This document shows positions 1 through 10,269 of a stretch of 32,000 nucleotides of DNA, in pieces; position 1 is the stretch's first letter; the number at the start of each line of letters is the position of its first letter. The notes under the pieces were generated by a model, which saw nothing but the letters and a program-made list of their open reading frames with translations, ran no database searches and was not told the origin of the DNA. The position numbers and the translations under genes were made by a program. Source of the DNA: Candidatus Iainarchaeum sp. (GTDB lineage Archaea > Iainarchaeota > Iainarchaeia > Iainarchaeales > 0-14-0-20-30-16); contig JAQTTP010000007.1 of the NCBI GenBank assembly GCA_028710695.1, positions 15,357 to 47,356 on the forward strand. The letters are read 5' to 3'.

Positions 1-651
1 AGCATTAAGGAAAATAGAATCATTAAATTTCTCTAATCCAAACTTCTTTGTAAAAAAATTAGATCTTGAATCTTCAACACAACCAATCAATCTTGTTTTC
101 TTTTTTTCTGCAGCAACATATAATGTCAAATAGCTGCTAATTAATTCTTGATACTCTTTATAAATTTCTGAATCTTTCTTCAAACGATCCATTGGGTGTG
201 GAATTAGACTTCCATCCAAAAGAAAATAATCTAAGTCATTAGTTTCAATTATCTGTCTTGCCAACAGCAATTCCTGTTTTATTCTTGTTATTGAAACATA
301 TCTTTCAAATTCTTCTTTTTGCAAGCAGGCATCAGGAGTAAAAAACACTGCCAAAGGGTTCTTAGGAAATCTTTTATTTTCTTCAAGTTTTCCGTTTTTA
401 TAATAAAATACAGACCCACTAATCTTAACAAAACAAAAATCAAATCCTACAAAAGAATCAGAAAAAAATCCAGAGTCAACAGCACCTACAGAAAAGGTTT
501 TTTTGTCATTTTTAATATCAATCAAAGCAGCAGAGTCTATAAATTTAAGATCTTTTATTTGACTAGAATCAAAGATGCCTTTTGCTTTTTCAGTAATCAA
601 AACAAAAGAATCTTTTACTCCTTTTATTTTTTCTCTTATCTGTTCATACAT
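1..651 (-). CDS. nurA: NurA-domain nuclease-like protein, C-terminus truncated by window edge
   Basis: Manual reverse-strand translation from ATG at 651 is open to base 1 (217 codons): MYEQIREKIKGVKDSFVLITEKAKGIFDSS...FSVGAVDSGFFSDSFVGFDFCFVKI...ITRIKQELLLARQIIETNDLDYFLLDGSLIPHPMDRL...RLIGCVEDSRSNFFTKKFGLEKF. AVDSG and LLDGSLI resemble NurA metal-binding motifs. Absent from the ORF track because no stop lies in the window. Confidence 0.72.
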   Translation of the reverse strand, partial: MYEQIREKIKGVKDSFVLITEKAKGIFDSSQIKDLKFIDSAALIDIKNDKKTFSVGAVDSGFFSDSFVGFDFCFVKISGSVFYYKNGKLEENKRFPKNPLAVFFTPDACLQKEEFERYVSITRIKQELLLARQIIETNDLDYFLLDGSLIPHPMDRLKKDSEIYKEYQELISSYLTLYVAAEKKKTRLIGCVEDSRSNFFTKKFGLEKFNDSIFLNA

Positions 652-671
652 ATTTTTCCCTTATGCCAGAC

Positions 672-2333
672 TCAGTCAGGAGTCAAATCTAATTCAAACA
701 CAGCCACCGGCGTTTCTAAGTTAAAGTTCTTTAATACTTCTGGATTTATTTCTCCAATTATTCCTTCTTTTTTCTTACCATTTAACTTGTATTCTATTTT
801 TGCGACCCTTCCTTCAATAAAAGAATTATGCTTGAACTCAGTATATTTTTTATCAGTAACTTCTAAATTATTTAGAACAAATTCTGCAAGTCTTTTTGCA
901 TAGGTGTAATCAACACCCTCATAACACAAAGTAGCAGTAAAGAAGATTTTTTCAAGTATCCCTTTGTCATTTTCTTCCAAGATTTTTCCAACTTCAAATA
1001 CATTTTGCGGATAAGAAATGTGTTGATTCTTTACCAAGAATTCTAAATGTTCCGGAACTATAGAAGTCCTAAAGATCTCTATGCTCTCAGACATTGGGTT
1101 TGCAATTGTTACTGCCTTATTCTTTATTTTCATTTTCCCAAATTGCTTTTCTTTGCTAGTCAAAGTAAAAGTCATTATCTCTTGCAATCCTGCCCCAACA
1201 CCAAGCAGCCTTAAGCTATCAGCCCAAACAGTCTTGTCAAGCAACCCACCTGTACTTCTAACATCCACTTTCTCTAGCTTTATTGTATTATAGCCAATAG
1301 AAATCAGAATATCCTCAATTACATCAACAGGATGCATTATGTCAACCCTATAGTTTGGGTACTCCACAACAACTTTATCCTTAACTATCTTAACATCGTA
1401 TCCTTTTCTCTCAAGTAGACCAATAAGATCTTTTTCGCTTATTTCCATTCCAATATAATCAAATATTTTCTGCTTAGATATTTCCATTTTTTCTTTTGCG
1501 AAGTAAGGAGTTACTACTTTTTCTTTTCCGTAATCAACAGTAATAGCTTCAACCTTTGCACCCCTGTCTGCAAACGCCATACAAACAATAAGCAAAGCAA
1601 CATTTACCTTTTCTTGTGTTATTCCAGTTACTTCTATAAACAAATCATTCTTTCCTACTTCTACTTTTCCAGAATCATTTGAGTTCACTATTGGGGGCAT
1701 AGACATTATCTTCCCTTTTTCATCCTGCCAAACAGGATACTTATCAAATCCAGCCAATAAATGCCCATATTCCTGTCCTTTCTTGTGATTTTTCAAGACC
1801 TCTTCCAAAGTCATTTCTTTTTCAAATCCAAGAGGAGCGAATTTAACTGTTTTTTTATCTCCTAAAAAGTATTTCAATTTCTTTCCACTGATTTTGTTTA
1901 AATCATACATTCCCATTGAAAGTTCGCTTCTTTTCTTACCGTAAGATCCTGCAATTTTTTCTTGCATATTAACCAAACTTATCAAAAAATCATCAGAAAT
2001 ATCAACATTTTTCACTACTGCGGCAGCAACATATTTTGCTATATTCTTCATATCCCCTACATCAACAATATAATCAGATTTTTCAAAAGAGTATTCTTTT
2101 AAGCCTTTTATCTCGCCGTTATCTTTCTTTATCTCTCTTGCAACTCCTTCAATACTCCACAAATCAGGTCTATTAGAGTCTTTTATATCAAGTTTAATAG
2201 TATCCCCGTCAACACCATCTACTTCACATTTAGTGCAAAGGAAGAACTTCTCAAGTTCGCTATCTTTTATTTTGTAATGTAATAAAGATTCCAAATCAGA
2301 TCTAGAAACATCAATTTTCGGCATAAATACCAC
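672..2333 (-). CDS. pheT: phenylalanyl-tRNA synthetase subunit beta (archaeal type)
   Basis: 553 aa; N-term MPKIDVSRSDLESLL, SNRPDLWSIEGVAREI, YRVDIMHPVDVIEDILISIGYN, NPMSESIEIFRTSIVPEHLEFL, GIIGEINPEVLKNFNLETPVAVFELDL. Confidence 0.95.
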   Translation of the reverse strand: MVFMPKIDVSRSDLESLLHYKIKDSELEKFFLCTKCEVDGVDGDTIKLDIKDSNRPDLWSIEGVAREIKKDNGEIKGLKEYSFEKSDYIVDVGDMKNIAKYVAAAVVKNVDISDDFLISLVNMQEKIAGSYGKKRSELSMGMYDLNKISGKKLKYFLGDKKTVKFAPLGFEKEMTLEEVLKNHKKGQEYGHLLAGFDKYPVWQDEKGKIMSMPPIVNSNDSGKVEVGKNDLFIEVTGITQEKVNVALLIVCMAFADRGAKVEAITVDYGKEKVVTPYFAKEKMEISKQKIFDYIGMEISEKDLIGLLERKGYDVKIVKDKVVVEYPNYRVDIMHPVDVIEDILISIGYNTIKLEKVDVRSTGGLLDKTVWADSLRLLGVGAGLQEIMTFTLTSKEKQFGKMKIKNKAVTIANPMSESIEIFRTSIVPEHLEFLVKNQHISYPQNVFEVGKILEENDKGILEKIFFTATLCYEGVDYTYAKRLAEFVLNNLEVTDKKYTEFKHNSFIEGRVAKIEYKLNGKKKEGIIGEINPEVLKNFNLETPVAVFELDLTPD

Positions 2334-2385
2334 TCGTTTATTCGTAATAGTTATATAGTATAAGAAAGAATAATAATAAAAAGAA

Positions 2386-2427
2386 TTGGGCCCCGCCCAA
2401 CAGTGAAAGGGACAGCCTTAGTTAGGC
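2386..2427 (-). terminator. two hairpins downstream of the 2437-3018 gene, minus strand
   Basis: GCCT-N5-AGGC (2415-2427) and TTGGGC-CCC-GCCCAA (2386-2400), followed on the minus strand by TTCTTTTT. Confidence 0.5.
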
Positions 2428-2436
2428 ACCAAGAGG

Positions 2437-3006
2437 TTATTCAAACTCTATAGATTCTACAGAGTTCTTGAACTTATCCTTAAGTGCATCATAGATCTCA
2501 GAGTTACACTTTAGAGTAAATACATACCCAACGCCATTTTTTACAAAAGCATAAGTATTGTATATTCTGTTAACACTATCTTCATCTACAGATACAACTG
2601 CATTATAGAACAAGTTCCCGTTTATGTTCACTTCTTGTTCTGAGATTTGTTCTATATTGTATTGTACAATCTCCTTTGCAAGGGTTTTAGAATCAAAAGC
2701 ATATCCATATCTCCAAATATACAAAAAATCTTCATTACTTGACGGGTTTATTTTATAGGCCCAGCTATTTGAAGAACTAACGTTATCTACTTCAAATTCA
2801 GTCCAAGTTTCAGGCATCTTTAGTTTGATATCTTCAATTTCAAAGTTTGCATACCCATAATATTTATCATCTTCTGATAGATCCCCTTTACTTAGGTCTG
2901 CATTTTTAAAATCTGGGTAAACATACCTATAGCCCAAGTATCCAACAACAGCCAGGATTATTATGATTATAATTAAAGTAGCAATGAATGACCCTTTCTT
3001 ATTCAT
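2437..3006 (-). CDS. hypothetical membrane-anchored extracytoplasmic protein
   Basis: Track ORF 2437..3018; start probably at MNKKGSF (3006). N-terminal TM/signal anchor GSFIATLIIIIIILAVVGYLGYRY followed by a soluble domain. Confidence 0.6.
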   Translation of the reverse strand: MNKKGSFIATLIIIIIILAVVGYLGYRYVYPDFKNADLSKGDLSEDDKYYGYANFEIEDIKLKMPETWTEFEVDNVSSSNSWAYKINPSSNEDFLYIWRYGYAFDSKTLAKEIVQYNIEQISEQEVNINGNLFYNAVVSVDEDSVNRIYNTYAFVKNGVGYVFTLKCNSEIYDALKDKFKNSVESIEFE

Positions 3007-3028
3007 ATTAACACCCAAAAATCTTATT

Positions 3029-4090
3029 TTATAAAAAATATAACAAAAATACTACTAGAGATATAACGAAATGTAATATAAAAAAGTTTCGTACAAGCCC
3101 TTTCTCTGTAAGCTTGCCTTTATACAGGTGTTCCATTAGATAATACAATGCGTGCCACCCAATAAAGGTCTTTCCATTTTTTTCATAATTTGTAGGAATT
3201 AAATACCCATTTTTGTCGCAGGCAGATATTGTTTTTCCTTTTCCACGAACAATGAATATATGTATTGCATATAACCCAAAATTTATTAAGTAAATCAGAG
3301 TTAAAAGAATCCCAATTATTTCCATATTTCCAATAATCATTGCAGTTGCAATTGATGCACCGATTGCTAAAGAGCCCACATCACCAAAAATAACTTTTGC
3401 TGGGTAGGCATTATAATAATAAAATCCAATTAGAGCACCAAGCATTGGAACCAAAATAATCATTGCAAGATAATTTCCAGTTATCAAAGATGCAAAAACC
3501 ATAAACAATATTGTAATTATTCCTAATCCTGCCTCAAGCCCATTGTATCCCGCAAGCATGTTGGTTGCATTTGAATAAACAAGTATCAATATTGGAATTA
3601 TTACAAAGGAATAAACCCAGCCCAAACTCAAAGATCCATAAAATGGTATTGTAATTGTATGGTTTCCAGCTAAAATTGCCACTAAAGGTATGGATGCAAC
3701 AAGCAACAACAGAATTTTTTGTAGCTCGTTGAGTTTAAATAAATCATCAAAAGATCCAACAAATCCAACAAGAAGTACTGTAAACGCACCCGCCATTATA
3801 GAATACAAATCAAATCCACTTACAAAAGGAAATATCGAAAACAAACCAACAAAAAATCCAAGCAAAAGAATATAGCCACCCATATTTGCAAATTTGGGTT
3901 TATCATACTTGTGACAATCAGTATTAGTAATTTCTTTTTTATGAGCCCATTTTATGTAGAAGCCCATTATCAAAAATACTATTAAAAATGAAATAAAAAA
4001 TTCACAAATATATTTTCTTATTGGAAAAAACAGCCCAATACCAAATAAGGTTGCCAATAAAAAATATATTATTTTATCCCACTTCACCAA
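3029..4090 (-). CDS. glycosyl transferase family 4 (MraY/DPAGT1-like GlcNAc-1-P transferase candidate)
   Basis: Polytopic protein with NMLAGYNGLEAGLG, YYNAYPAKVIFGDVGSLAIGA and DDLFKL motifs typical of polyprenyl-phosphate HexNAc-1-P transferases. Confidence 0.85.
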   Translation of the reverse strand: MVKWDKIIYFLLATLFGIGLFFPIRKYICEFFISFLIVFLIMGFYIKWAHKKEITNTDCHKYDKPKFANMGGYILLLGFFVGLFSIFPFVSGFDLYSIMAGAFTVLLVGFVGSFDDLFKLNELQKILLLLVASIPLVAILAGNHTITIPFYGSLSLGWVYSFVIIPILILVYSNATNMLAGYNGLEAGLGIITILFMVFASLITGNYLAMIILVPMLGALIGFYYYNAYPAKVIFGDVGSLAIGASIATAMIIGNMEIIGILLTLIYLINFGLYAIHIFIVRGKGKTISACDKNGYLIPTNYEKNGKTFIGWHALYYLMEHLYKGKLTEKGLVRNFFILHFVISLVVFLLYFL

Positions 4091-6123
4091 GCATCACCAT
4101 AATATGCCTTTACTTTAGTATTCCATTCGTTTATCTGTTCCGTAGTCATATCATACATTGCTGGTTCAACAGTTTTCAAAGCATCTTTATTAACCTTATA
4201 AACTCTGACCATATTTTTCGCATAAACCAAAGTCAAATATTTTGATATCTCTGGGCTCATAAGCCACAACTTCACAGCCATACTACTATTTGACGGATGA
4301 CTAAAAACATATAAAATATCTTTTGCGCCATTTGTATAATAAAACAAGGGGGTTTTTCCGTTCACAACAGTATAAGGTTTATTTGTCCAAGCAGTTGGTA
4401 TTGCAGACATATAATCTTCGGTCAATTTATTTGACCCACACATATAATAATTGTCTTTTTGTATTTGGAAAGATGTTTTCGTACAACCCATATATACTGA
4501 AAAATATTTGGCTATACGCGGATCATTTTGATTTACAGTATCATAGAGATACATCGCAAATAACGGAAGGCTTTGCAAGGTATCAAGATCCATTAATACA
4601 TAGTCTGCATCATATGCTTTCAAAATTCCTGCAGCATGTTCAGTATTTTCATCTAAGAAAAACATAGGCACATCTTTCAAAGCTTGAGTATCACTATTTG
4701 TATTATCCGTTGCCACTCTCCTATCTGCCAAGAAAGTTATCCAGTGCCCCTCACTCCACCAATTAAAGAGTTTTGCATTTTCAGGAGTGTTTTCTCCAAG
4801 CCAAGAAATTGTTTCTTTCCAGCCACTGCCACCATCTAATTGTGGTGTGTGGTTATGTACAAACATAGTTGCACCAGCAACACCAGTAATTGTTAAAAAC
4901 AATAATGCCCCCACAAGACCAACTCGCAAAGCTATATGCTTATTGGTGCCAATAAAGAGCTGATAAAGTTCGTACATTGTTAATACAGTTAATGCTGCAA
5001 GTGGTAATCCAAACCAAAAAGTTGCTTTTAATTTATTCCATGCCAGGTACAAACAACCCGCAGACCAAACAAGAACCAACAAAGTAAACCAATCTTTTTT
5101 GTTAAAAATTATTCTATATAGCCCGAGGATAAACCCAGTAATAATAAATATCAAGAATATGTTGTACTTTGAGCCGAAAGCAGGATATCCTTGACTTTCT
5201 TCTCCAACTTTCATTGACGTTACTGAACCCATCTGCTGGGTATCAACACTAGTTTCATTAAGTCCAAATATTCCAGACACATAATTTATATCTACTTGTA
5301 TCCAATTTGTGCTCCATGCTGTTGCAATAGCACCCATAAGAATAAAACAAGAAAAGAAAATTATGGAAAATCCTTTTAAGAACTCCAAGTCCTTGTAAAC
5401 AATTAACTTCATTATTAGAATTGTCACAAAGTACCCAATTAGAACAACCGGCACAAATGCAAAAACACTCCAAACCATTGCCATAATTCCTAAGAATAGA
5501 CCGCCCAAAAGTCCATAAATAATTGGTTTCCATTTGACACTTTGGGTTTCCACAAATTTAGAAATTCCCAATACTAAAAATCCAAATCCAAGAACCATCC
5601 ACAAGAAGCCCATACAATCTTCTTCGTAGTGCCCACTCATAGTTCTATATACAAATGCAGGCATTACTGCAGCAAAAAATGCAGCAATATATCCGGCGAT
5701 TCTATTCTTATAACCTACTCTAAATAAGAAATACATTGCTAATGTAGTAAAAGCACCATAGAATGCAGGCAGGAGCCTAATAAACCAGACCCAGAGATCT
5801 TTACTGTACGCGGCTCCAAAGGTAAATATATTCCAAAATAAAACTCCAAAATACCATAGTAAACTAACTGAATATGGTGCTTTATTAGCATAGTGATAGA
5901 TTCCTAATAAATCAGTATGGTCTTCAAATGGATCTTGAATAAATGCGGCATTAGCTCTTGCATGCCAATATGCATCTGGTTCAATAAAGCCATCAAATCT
6001 CATAATATGTAGCCTAAATCCTAACGCAATCAAAAATATCAATAATAATATCAGAATATGCCATTTGTTTTCAACAATTTTTGCCCAAAAGTTCTTTAAA
6101 AATGCAACACCCATATTGACCAC
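4084..6123 (-). CDS. aglB: STT3/AglB oligosaccharyl transferase-like protein
   Basis: 679 aa, many TM helices; FDGFIEPDAYWHARANAAF, RTMSGHYEEDCMGF, NWWSEGHWITFLADRR. Start may be GTG 6123 or ATG 6114. Confidence 0.85.
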   Translation of the reverse strand: MVNMGVAFLKNFWAKIVENKWHILILLLIFLIALGFRLHIMRFDGFIEPDAYWHARANAAFIQDPFEDHTDLLGIYHYANKAPYSVSLLWYFGVLFWNIFTFGAAYSKDLWVWFIRLLPAFYGAFTTLAMYFLFRVGYKNRIAGYIAAFFAAVMPAFVYRTMSGHYEEDCMGFLWMVLGFGFLVLGISKFVETQSVKWKPIIYGLLGGLFLGIMAMVWSVFAFVPVVLIGYFVTILIMKLIVYKDLEFLKGFSIIFFSCFILMGAIATAWSTNWIQVDINYVSGIFGLNETSVDTQQMGSVTSMKVGEESQGYPAFGSKYNIFLIFIITGFILGLYRIIFNKKDWFTLLVLVWSAGCLYLAWNKLKATFWFGLPLAALTVLTMYELYQLFIGTNKHIALRVGLVGALLFLTITGVAGATMFVHNHTPQLDGGSGWKETISWLGENTPENAKLFNWWSEGHWITFLADRRVATDNTNSDTQALKDVPMFFLDENTEHAAGILKAYDADYVLMDLDTLQSLPLFAMYLYDTVNQNDPRIAKYFSVYMGCTKTSFQIQKDNYYMCGSNKLTEDYMSAIPTAWTNKPYTVVNGKTPLFYYTNGAKDILYVFSHPSNSSMAVKLWLMSPEISKYLTLVYAKNMVRVYKVNKDALKTVEPAMYDMTTEQINEWNTKVKAYYGDAW

Positions 6124-8820
6124 TTACATCAATTTGCTTATTTCTTGTTCAATTTCTTTAACATTAACACTTATTCCGCTTATTTGTGCAAAGTCCAGGG
6201 ATCCGCCACCTTTTCCACCAAATTTGCTTGAGATCTCTTTTGCAATGAATCCTGCACCTTTCTTTACAACATTTGAATTTACAATTATATTCATCTGTTC
6301 TATATCCTTAGAATAAATTATTAGTAAATCAAATTTATTAACAAATCTTTTTTTTGCCATAATTCCAAGCTTCAAAAAAGACTCCACATTGTAGATTTTT
6401 ACATCTTTTACTATTTTCTTTCCTTTTTCTAATTCCAACCCAGAAATTATTCTTTCTGATTCTTTTTCATCAACTTCCACAAGTGCTTTTTGCAAGGTTT
6501 TCAATTCCTGCACATTTTTGTCTATTGCCATCAAAACATCATTCTTTGGAACTTTCAGTAATTCACTTGCTTTATCAACAGTTTGCTGTAATTCCAATCC
6601 ATAATTTACTGCAGGAATTCCTGCTTTAAAGTAGATTCTTTCAACACCATCTCTTACTGATTCTCTTTTTACAATTTTAAAATATCCCATCTGTCCTGTC
6701 TTTTCTAAATGAGTTCCACCACAAGCCTCAACATCTAATCCTGGTATTTCTATTATTCTTAATTCTTTTCCTGGAACTGCCCCACCCTGATAGATTCTAA
6801 ATCCGTATTTCTGTTCAGCAACTTGTCTTGGGAAAATTGTTTTCTTGACTGCCAAATCTTGCTGGATATATTCATTAACTTTTCTTTCAATTTCTTCCAA
6901 TTCGTATTTAGTAATTGCTTTAAAATGAGTAATATCTAAGTGAGCAATATCTGCTTTTTTATTTGCTCCTGCTTGCCAAATGTGCTTTCCCAAAACTTGC
7001 TGGCAAACACCATTCAACAAGTGAGTTGAAGTGTGATGTTGTGACAAAGCAAGCCTTCTTGAGAAGTCTATTTTACAAGTAACTGTTGAATTTTTCTTTA
7101 TCTTCTTTGGTTCTGAAACTTTATGCAAAATTACATCACCGATATTCTTTACTTCTAATACTTTTATTCCATCTATTTCTCCTAAATCACAATCTTGTCC
7201 GCCACCCTCTGGATAGAACGCAGATTTATTTAGGACAACATAATCTTCAACTATTCCCTGCACTTTTGCTTCAAAAGAATCCATATAAAAAAATTCATAA
7301 TACAATTTTTCAGTCTTATCAAAATCTTTTACTTTTGCTTGTAAAGGATCAATCTCTTTTTGAACAGCAGGAAGTTTTTTATCTAAATTTATTTCCTGAA
7401 CTTCTAAAATCATATTTTCTTTTTCTGCAACTTCTTTAACTTGTTCTAAAACAACACCATAAGACTCATACAAAAATGAAAGATCTTGTTCTGTTATTTT
7501 ATTCGTTTCTTTCTTTTTCTTTGTTAAATATGCACTTACTACAGATCTTGACAGATCTTTTGATTTTCTATATTTTTCATATTCAGTATCTAAAACATTA
7601 AACACAATATTACTTTCCCCCAACTCCGGGTACAAAGGCTTCAAGTAATTTATGTGTTTTTCTAAAACTGTGTTTAAATCAGATGAAAAGTTATTTTTTT
7701 CATACAAAGAAAATGCTCTTCTCAAAACATATCTTAGATTGTATCCACCACCAGTATTAGATGGAAGCATCCCATCCACAGAAGTGAATAAAATTGTTTT
7801 CAAGTGGTCCAAAATTGCATATGCTGACTGCAATGGGAACAACTGTTTTTTCATAACAGAGTATTCAATCCCAATTTGTTTTGCAATTTCATATTCATCA
7901 GTTCCATTTCTTTCAGAGAAATCAATTTTTCCTGCACCCATAACATATTCTTCTAAAAATACAGGTTCTTTTATAGATTCTTTACTCAAAAAGTGCTTTG
8001 CAACAGGTCCAAAAGTAATATCATAAGACATTGGCTTTGTGTCAGTAATCCACGCAAATCTTTCTTGACCTGCACCCATGTCAATTACTTTTGTATCTAA
8101 CTCTTTCAAGCCTTTGTCAGTCAAATAGTATTGCATGAAAACACAGTTTCCTAGTTCAATTCCATCTACAAAGTATTCCAGAGATGGCCCTACATTTCCG
8201 CCACCCATCCAAACATCTTCTCTAAATACTACTTTTTCTCTTGGTATTCCTAAAGCTTTTGTTAAAAATAAAAAGTCGTTTTCTATTGCTTGATCTTTCC
8301 AATAAAACAATCCTGTTTTTTTATTATTAAATGCGTGCTGCCCAATCATTACAAAATTAGTATAATGCCTACCAGTAACTCCAACATTCGGGATATCATT
8401 AAACCTTAAACAAGGCTGATTTATTACTAGTGGGTTAGCCACAGGTTCTACTTCTCCAGACACAACATATGGCTGAAACCCAGTTATAGACGCCAAATTA
8501 AAGTAAATATCATTTCTCCATCTTGCAACTGTTGGAAATCTCTTTACAGAGGTGTGATTTTTCTTATTAAAAAATCTTTCAAAAGTCTTCCAAGCTTCAA
8601 TATAATCTAGCTTTTGTGGAGTTATTTTTCTTCCAATGAATTTATACCCTACACATTCGGAGTCTTCACAAAATTCTCTGTTTGGGTCCAAAGTCCAGAA
8701 ATAGTTCTTACATTTTTTACACTGCTTTCTTGTAAACCCTTCTTTCTCTAAAAAAGCAAGTTTATAGTGGTCTTCCCACTTCTTAGCAAAGTCTTGTTTT
8801 AATTGTTTCTTGTCAAGCAT
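6124..8820 (-). CDS. alaS: alanyl-tRNA synthetase (archaeal type)
   Basis: 898 aa; RWRNDIYFNLASITGFQPYVVSGEVEPVANPLVINQPCLRFNDIPNVG, LSQHHTSTHLLNGV, DVEACGGTHLEKTG, glycine-rich C-terminus GGKGGGSLDFAQ. Confidence 0.97.
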   Translation of the reverse strand: MLDKKQLKQDFAKKWEDHYKLAFLEKEGFTRKQCKKCKNYFWTLDPNREFCEDSECVGYKFIGRKITPQKLDYIEAWKTFERFFNKKNHTSVKRFPTVARWRNDIYFNLASITGFQPYVVSGEVEPVANPLVINQPCLRFNDIPNVGVTGRHYTNFVMIGQHAFNNKKTGLFYWKDQAIENDFLFLTKALGIPREKVVFREDVWMGGGNVGPSLEYFVDGIELGNCVFMQYYLTDKGLKELDTKVIDMGAGQERFAWITDTKPMSYDITFGPVAKHFLSKESIKEPVFLEEYVMGAGKIDFSERNGTDEYEIAKQIGIEYSVMKKQLFPLQSAYAILDHLKTILFTSVDGMLPSNTGGGYNLRYVLRRAFSLYEKNNFSSDLNTVLEKHINYLKPLYPELGESNIVFNVLDTEYEKYRKSKDLSRSVVSAYLTKKKKETNKITEQDLSFLYESYGVVLEQVKEVAEKENMILEVQEINLDKKLPAVQKEIDPLQAKVKDFDKTEKLYYEFFYMDSFEAKVQGIVEDYVVLNKSAFYPEGGGQDCDLGEIDGIKVLEVKNIGDVILHKVSEPKKIKKNSTVTCKIDFSRRLALSQHHTSTHLLNGVCQQVLGKHIWQAGANKKADIAHLDITHFKAITKYELEEIERKVNEYIQQDLAVKKTIFPRQVAEQKYGFRIYQGGAVPGKELRIIEIPGLDVEACGGTHLEKTGQMGYFKIVKRESVRDGVERIYFKAGIPAVNYGLELQQTVDKASELLKVPKNDVLMAIDKNVQELKTLQKALVEVDEKESERIISGLELEKGKKIVKDVKIYNVESFLKLGIMAKKRFVNKFDLLIIYSKDIEQMNIIVNSNVVKKGAGFIAKEISSKFGGKGGGSLDFAQISGISVNVKEIEQEISKLM

Positions 8821-8922
8821 AAAATGACACCTTTATAGCACCTTTTAGTTATTCATATAAAAAAGTAATATAAATATATAAAATAATCTAAAGTATGTTA
8901 TTATATCTTATTGGGTGTGCCT

Positions 8923-10269
8923 ATGCTTGATATTAACTTATTTAGAGACGATAAAGAGTTCAAAAAGATCTTAGAAAGCGAGAAACGAAGGGCAAAACCC
9001 TTAGATTTCGCAAAGGATACAAAGAAGTTCGATGATCTTTGGAAAAAAGCAAAGCAAGAGAAAGAAGAACTGAGAGCAGAAAAGAACAAGGTTACCAAAG
9101 AGATAGCAACCGTAGCTCAAGACAAAAACACAAAAAACGAGCATAAAACAAAGGAGATTACAAGATTAAAAGCTAAAAGCAAAGACTTAGATATTAAAAT
9201 TAAAAATCTAGAAGAGCAAGAAACTAAAGCCCTACAAACAAGAGATGAAAACCGTTACAAAGTAGGAAACATCCTTTACCCTTCTGTCCCAAATGGAAAA
9301 AGCGATGAAGAGAATGTTCCATTCAAATTCTATGGAAAAGCAAAAGTCCAGAAGCAGCATTTAGCAGATTTCAAAAAAGCAACTAATAACAAAATGGATT
9401 ATGAATTATTGGACTTTGAGCCAAAAAGCCATGCAGATCTAGGTCCCGAAAGAGGACTATTCGATTTAGAAAGAGCTGCAAAAATCTCTGGTGCACGAGC
9501 TTATTACCTAAAAGGCAAACTAGCAATCTTACATCTATCTCTTTTGAGGTTTGCATTAGACAAGCTTGTTGATGCGGGCTACATGCCACTATATACTCCA
9601 TTTTTAATAAACAAAGATGTTATGGAAAAAGCAGCAGAGCTAGCAGACTTCAAAGAAACCCTATACCAAACAACAGAAGGCCAATTCCTAATTGCAACAG
9701 CAGAGCAGACTTTGGCAGCATATCACCTGGACGAAGTTCTAGATGAAAAAATTCTACCCCTAAAGTATGCTGGATACTCTTCCGCATTCCGAAGAGAGGC
9801 AGGAAGTGCTGGGAAAGATACAAGAGGGATCTTCAGAGTTCACCAATTTGATAAAGTTGAGCAATACGTTTTTTGTAAAGCAAAAGACAATGAGAAAATC
9901 CATGAGGAACTTCTAAAGAATGCAGAAAGCATTTACAAAGATCTAGAGCTTCCATACAGAGTTGTTAATATTTGCACAGGGGATATGAACGACACGGCAG
10001 CAAAGAAGTATGATATTGAACTGTGGATGCCAGTGCAAGGAAAGTTCAGAGAGATTGGTTCTTATTCCATAACAACAGATTATCAGACAAGAAAGTTGAA
10101 TGTAAGATATGAAGAAAAAGGAGAAAGAATAGTTTGCCATTCTTTGAACGGCACAGCATTACCATCTCCAAGAAGCTTAGCAGCTTTCATCGAGAATCAT
10201 CAAGACAAGAAAGGAATAATACATATACCAAAAGCATTACAGAAATATACGGGGTTTAAAGAGATCTAG
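8923..10269 (+). CDS. serS: seryl-tRNA synthetase (standard SerRS with N-terminal coiled-coil arm)
   Basis: Track ORF begins at TTG 8911; ATG 8923 gives canonical MLDINLFRDD. Motifs YKLLEF-region FRREAGSAGKDTRGIFRVHQFDKVEQ and TALPSPRSLAAFIENHQ. Confidence 0.95.
   Translation: MLDINLFRDDKEFKKILESEKRRAKPLDFAKDTKKFDDLWKKAKQEKEELRAEKNKVTKEIATVAQDKNTKNEHKTKEITRLKAKSKDLDIKIKNLEEQETKALQTRDENRYKVGNILYPSVPNGKSDEENVPFKFYGKAKVQKQHLADFKKATNNKMDYELLDFEPKSHADLGPERGLFDLERAAKISGARAYYLKGKLAILHLSLLRFALDKLVDAGYMPLYTPFLINKDVMEKAAELADFKETLYQTTEGQFLIATAEQTLAAYHLDEVLDEKILPLKYAGYSSAFRREAGSAGKDTRGIFRVHQFDKVEQYVFCKAKDNEKIHEELLKNAESIYKDLELPYRVVNICTGDMNDTAAKKYDIELWMPVQGKFREIGSYSITTDYQTRKLNVRYEEKGERIVCHSLNGTALPSPRSLAAFIENHQDKKGIIHIPKALQKYTGFKEI

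Noticed and set aside
319-903. Plus-strand 194-aa ORF
   Set aside because: Antisense to the NurA-like and pheT genes; composition is Phe/Ser/Tyr-rich low quality, consistent with shadow ORFs.
7086-7439. Plus ORFs inside alaS (7086-7439, 7652-8026)
   Set aside because: Fully antisense to strongly supported alaS, with no recognisable domains.
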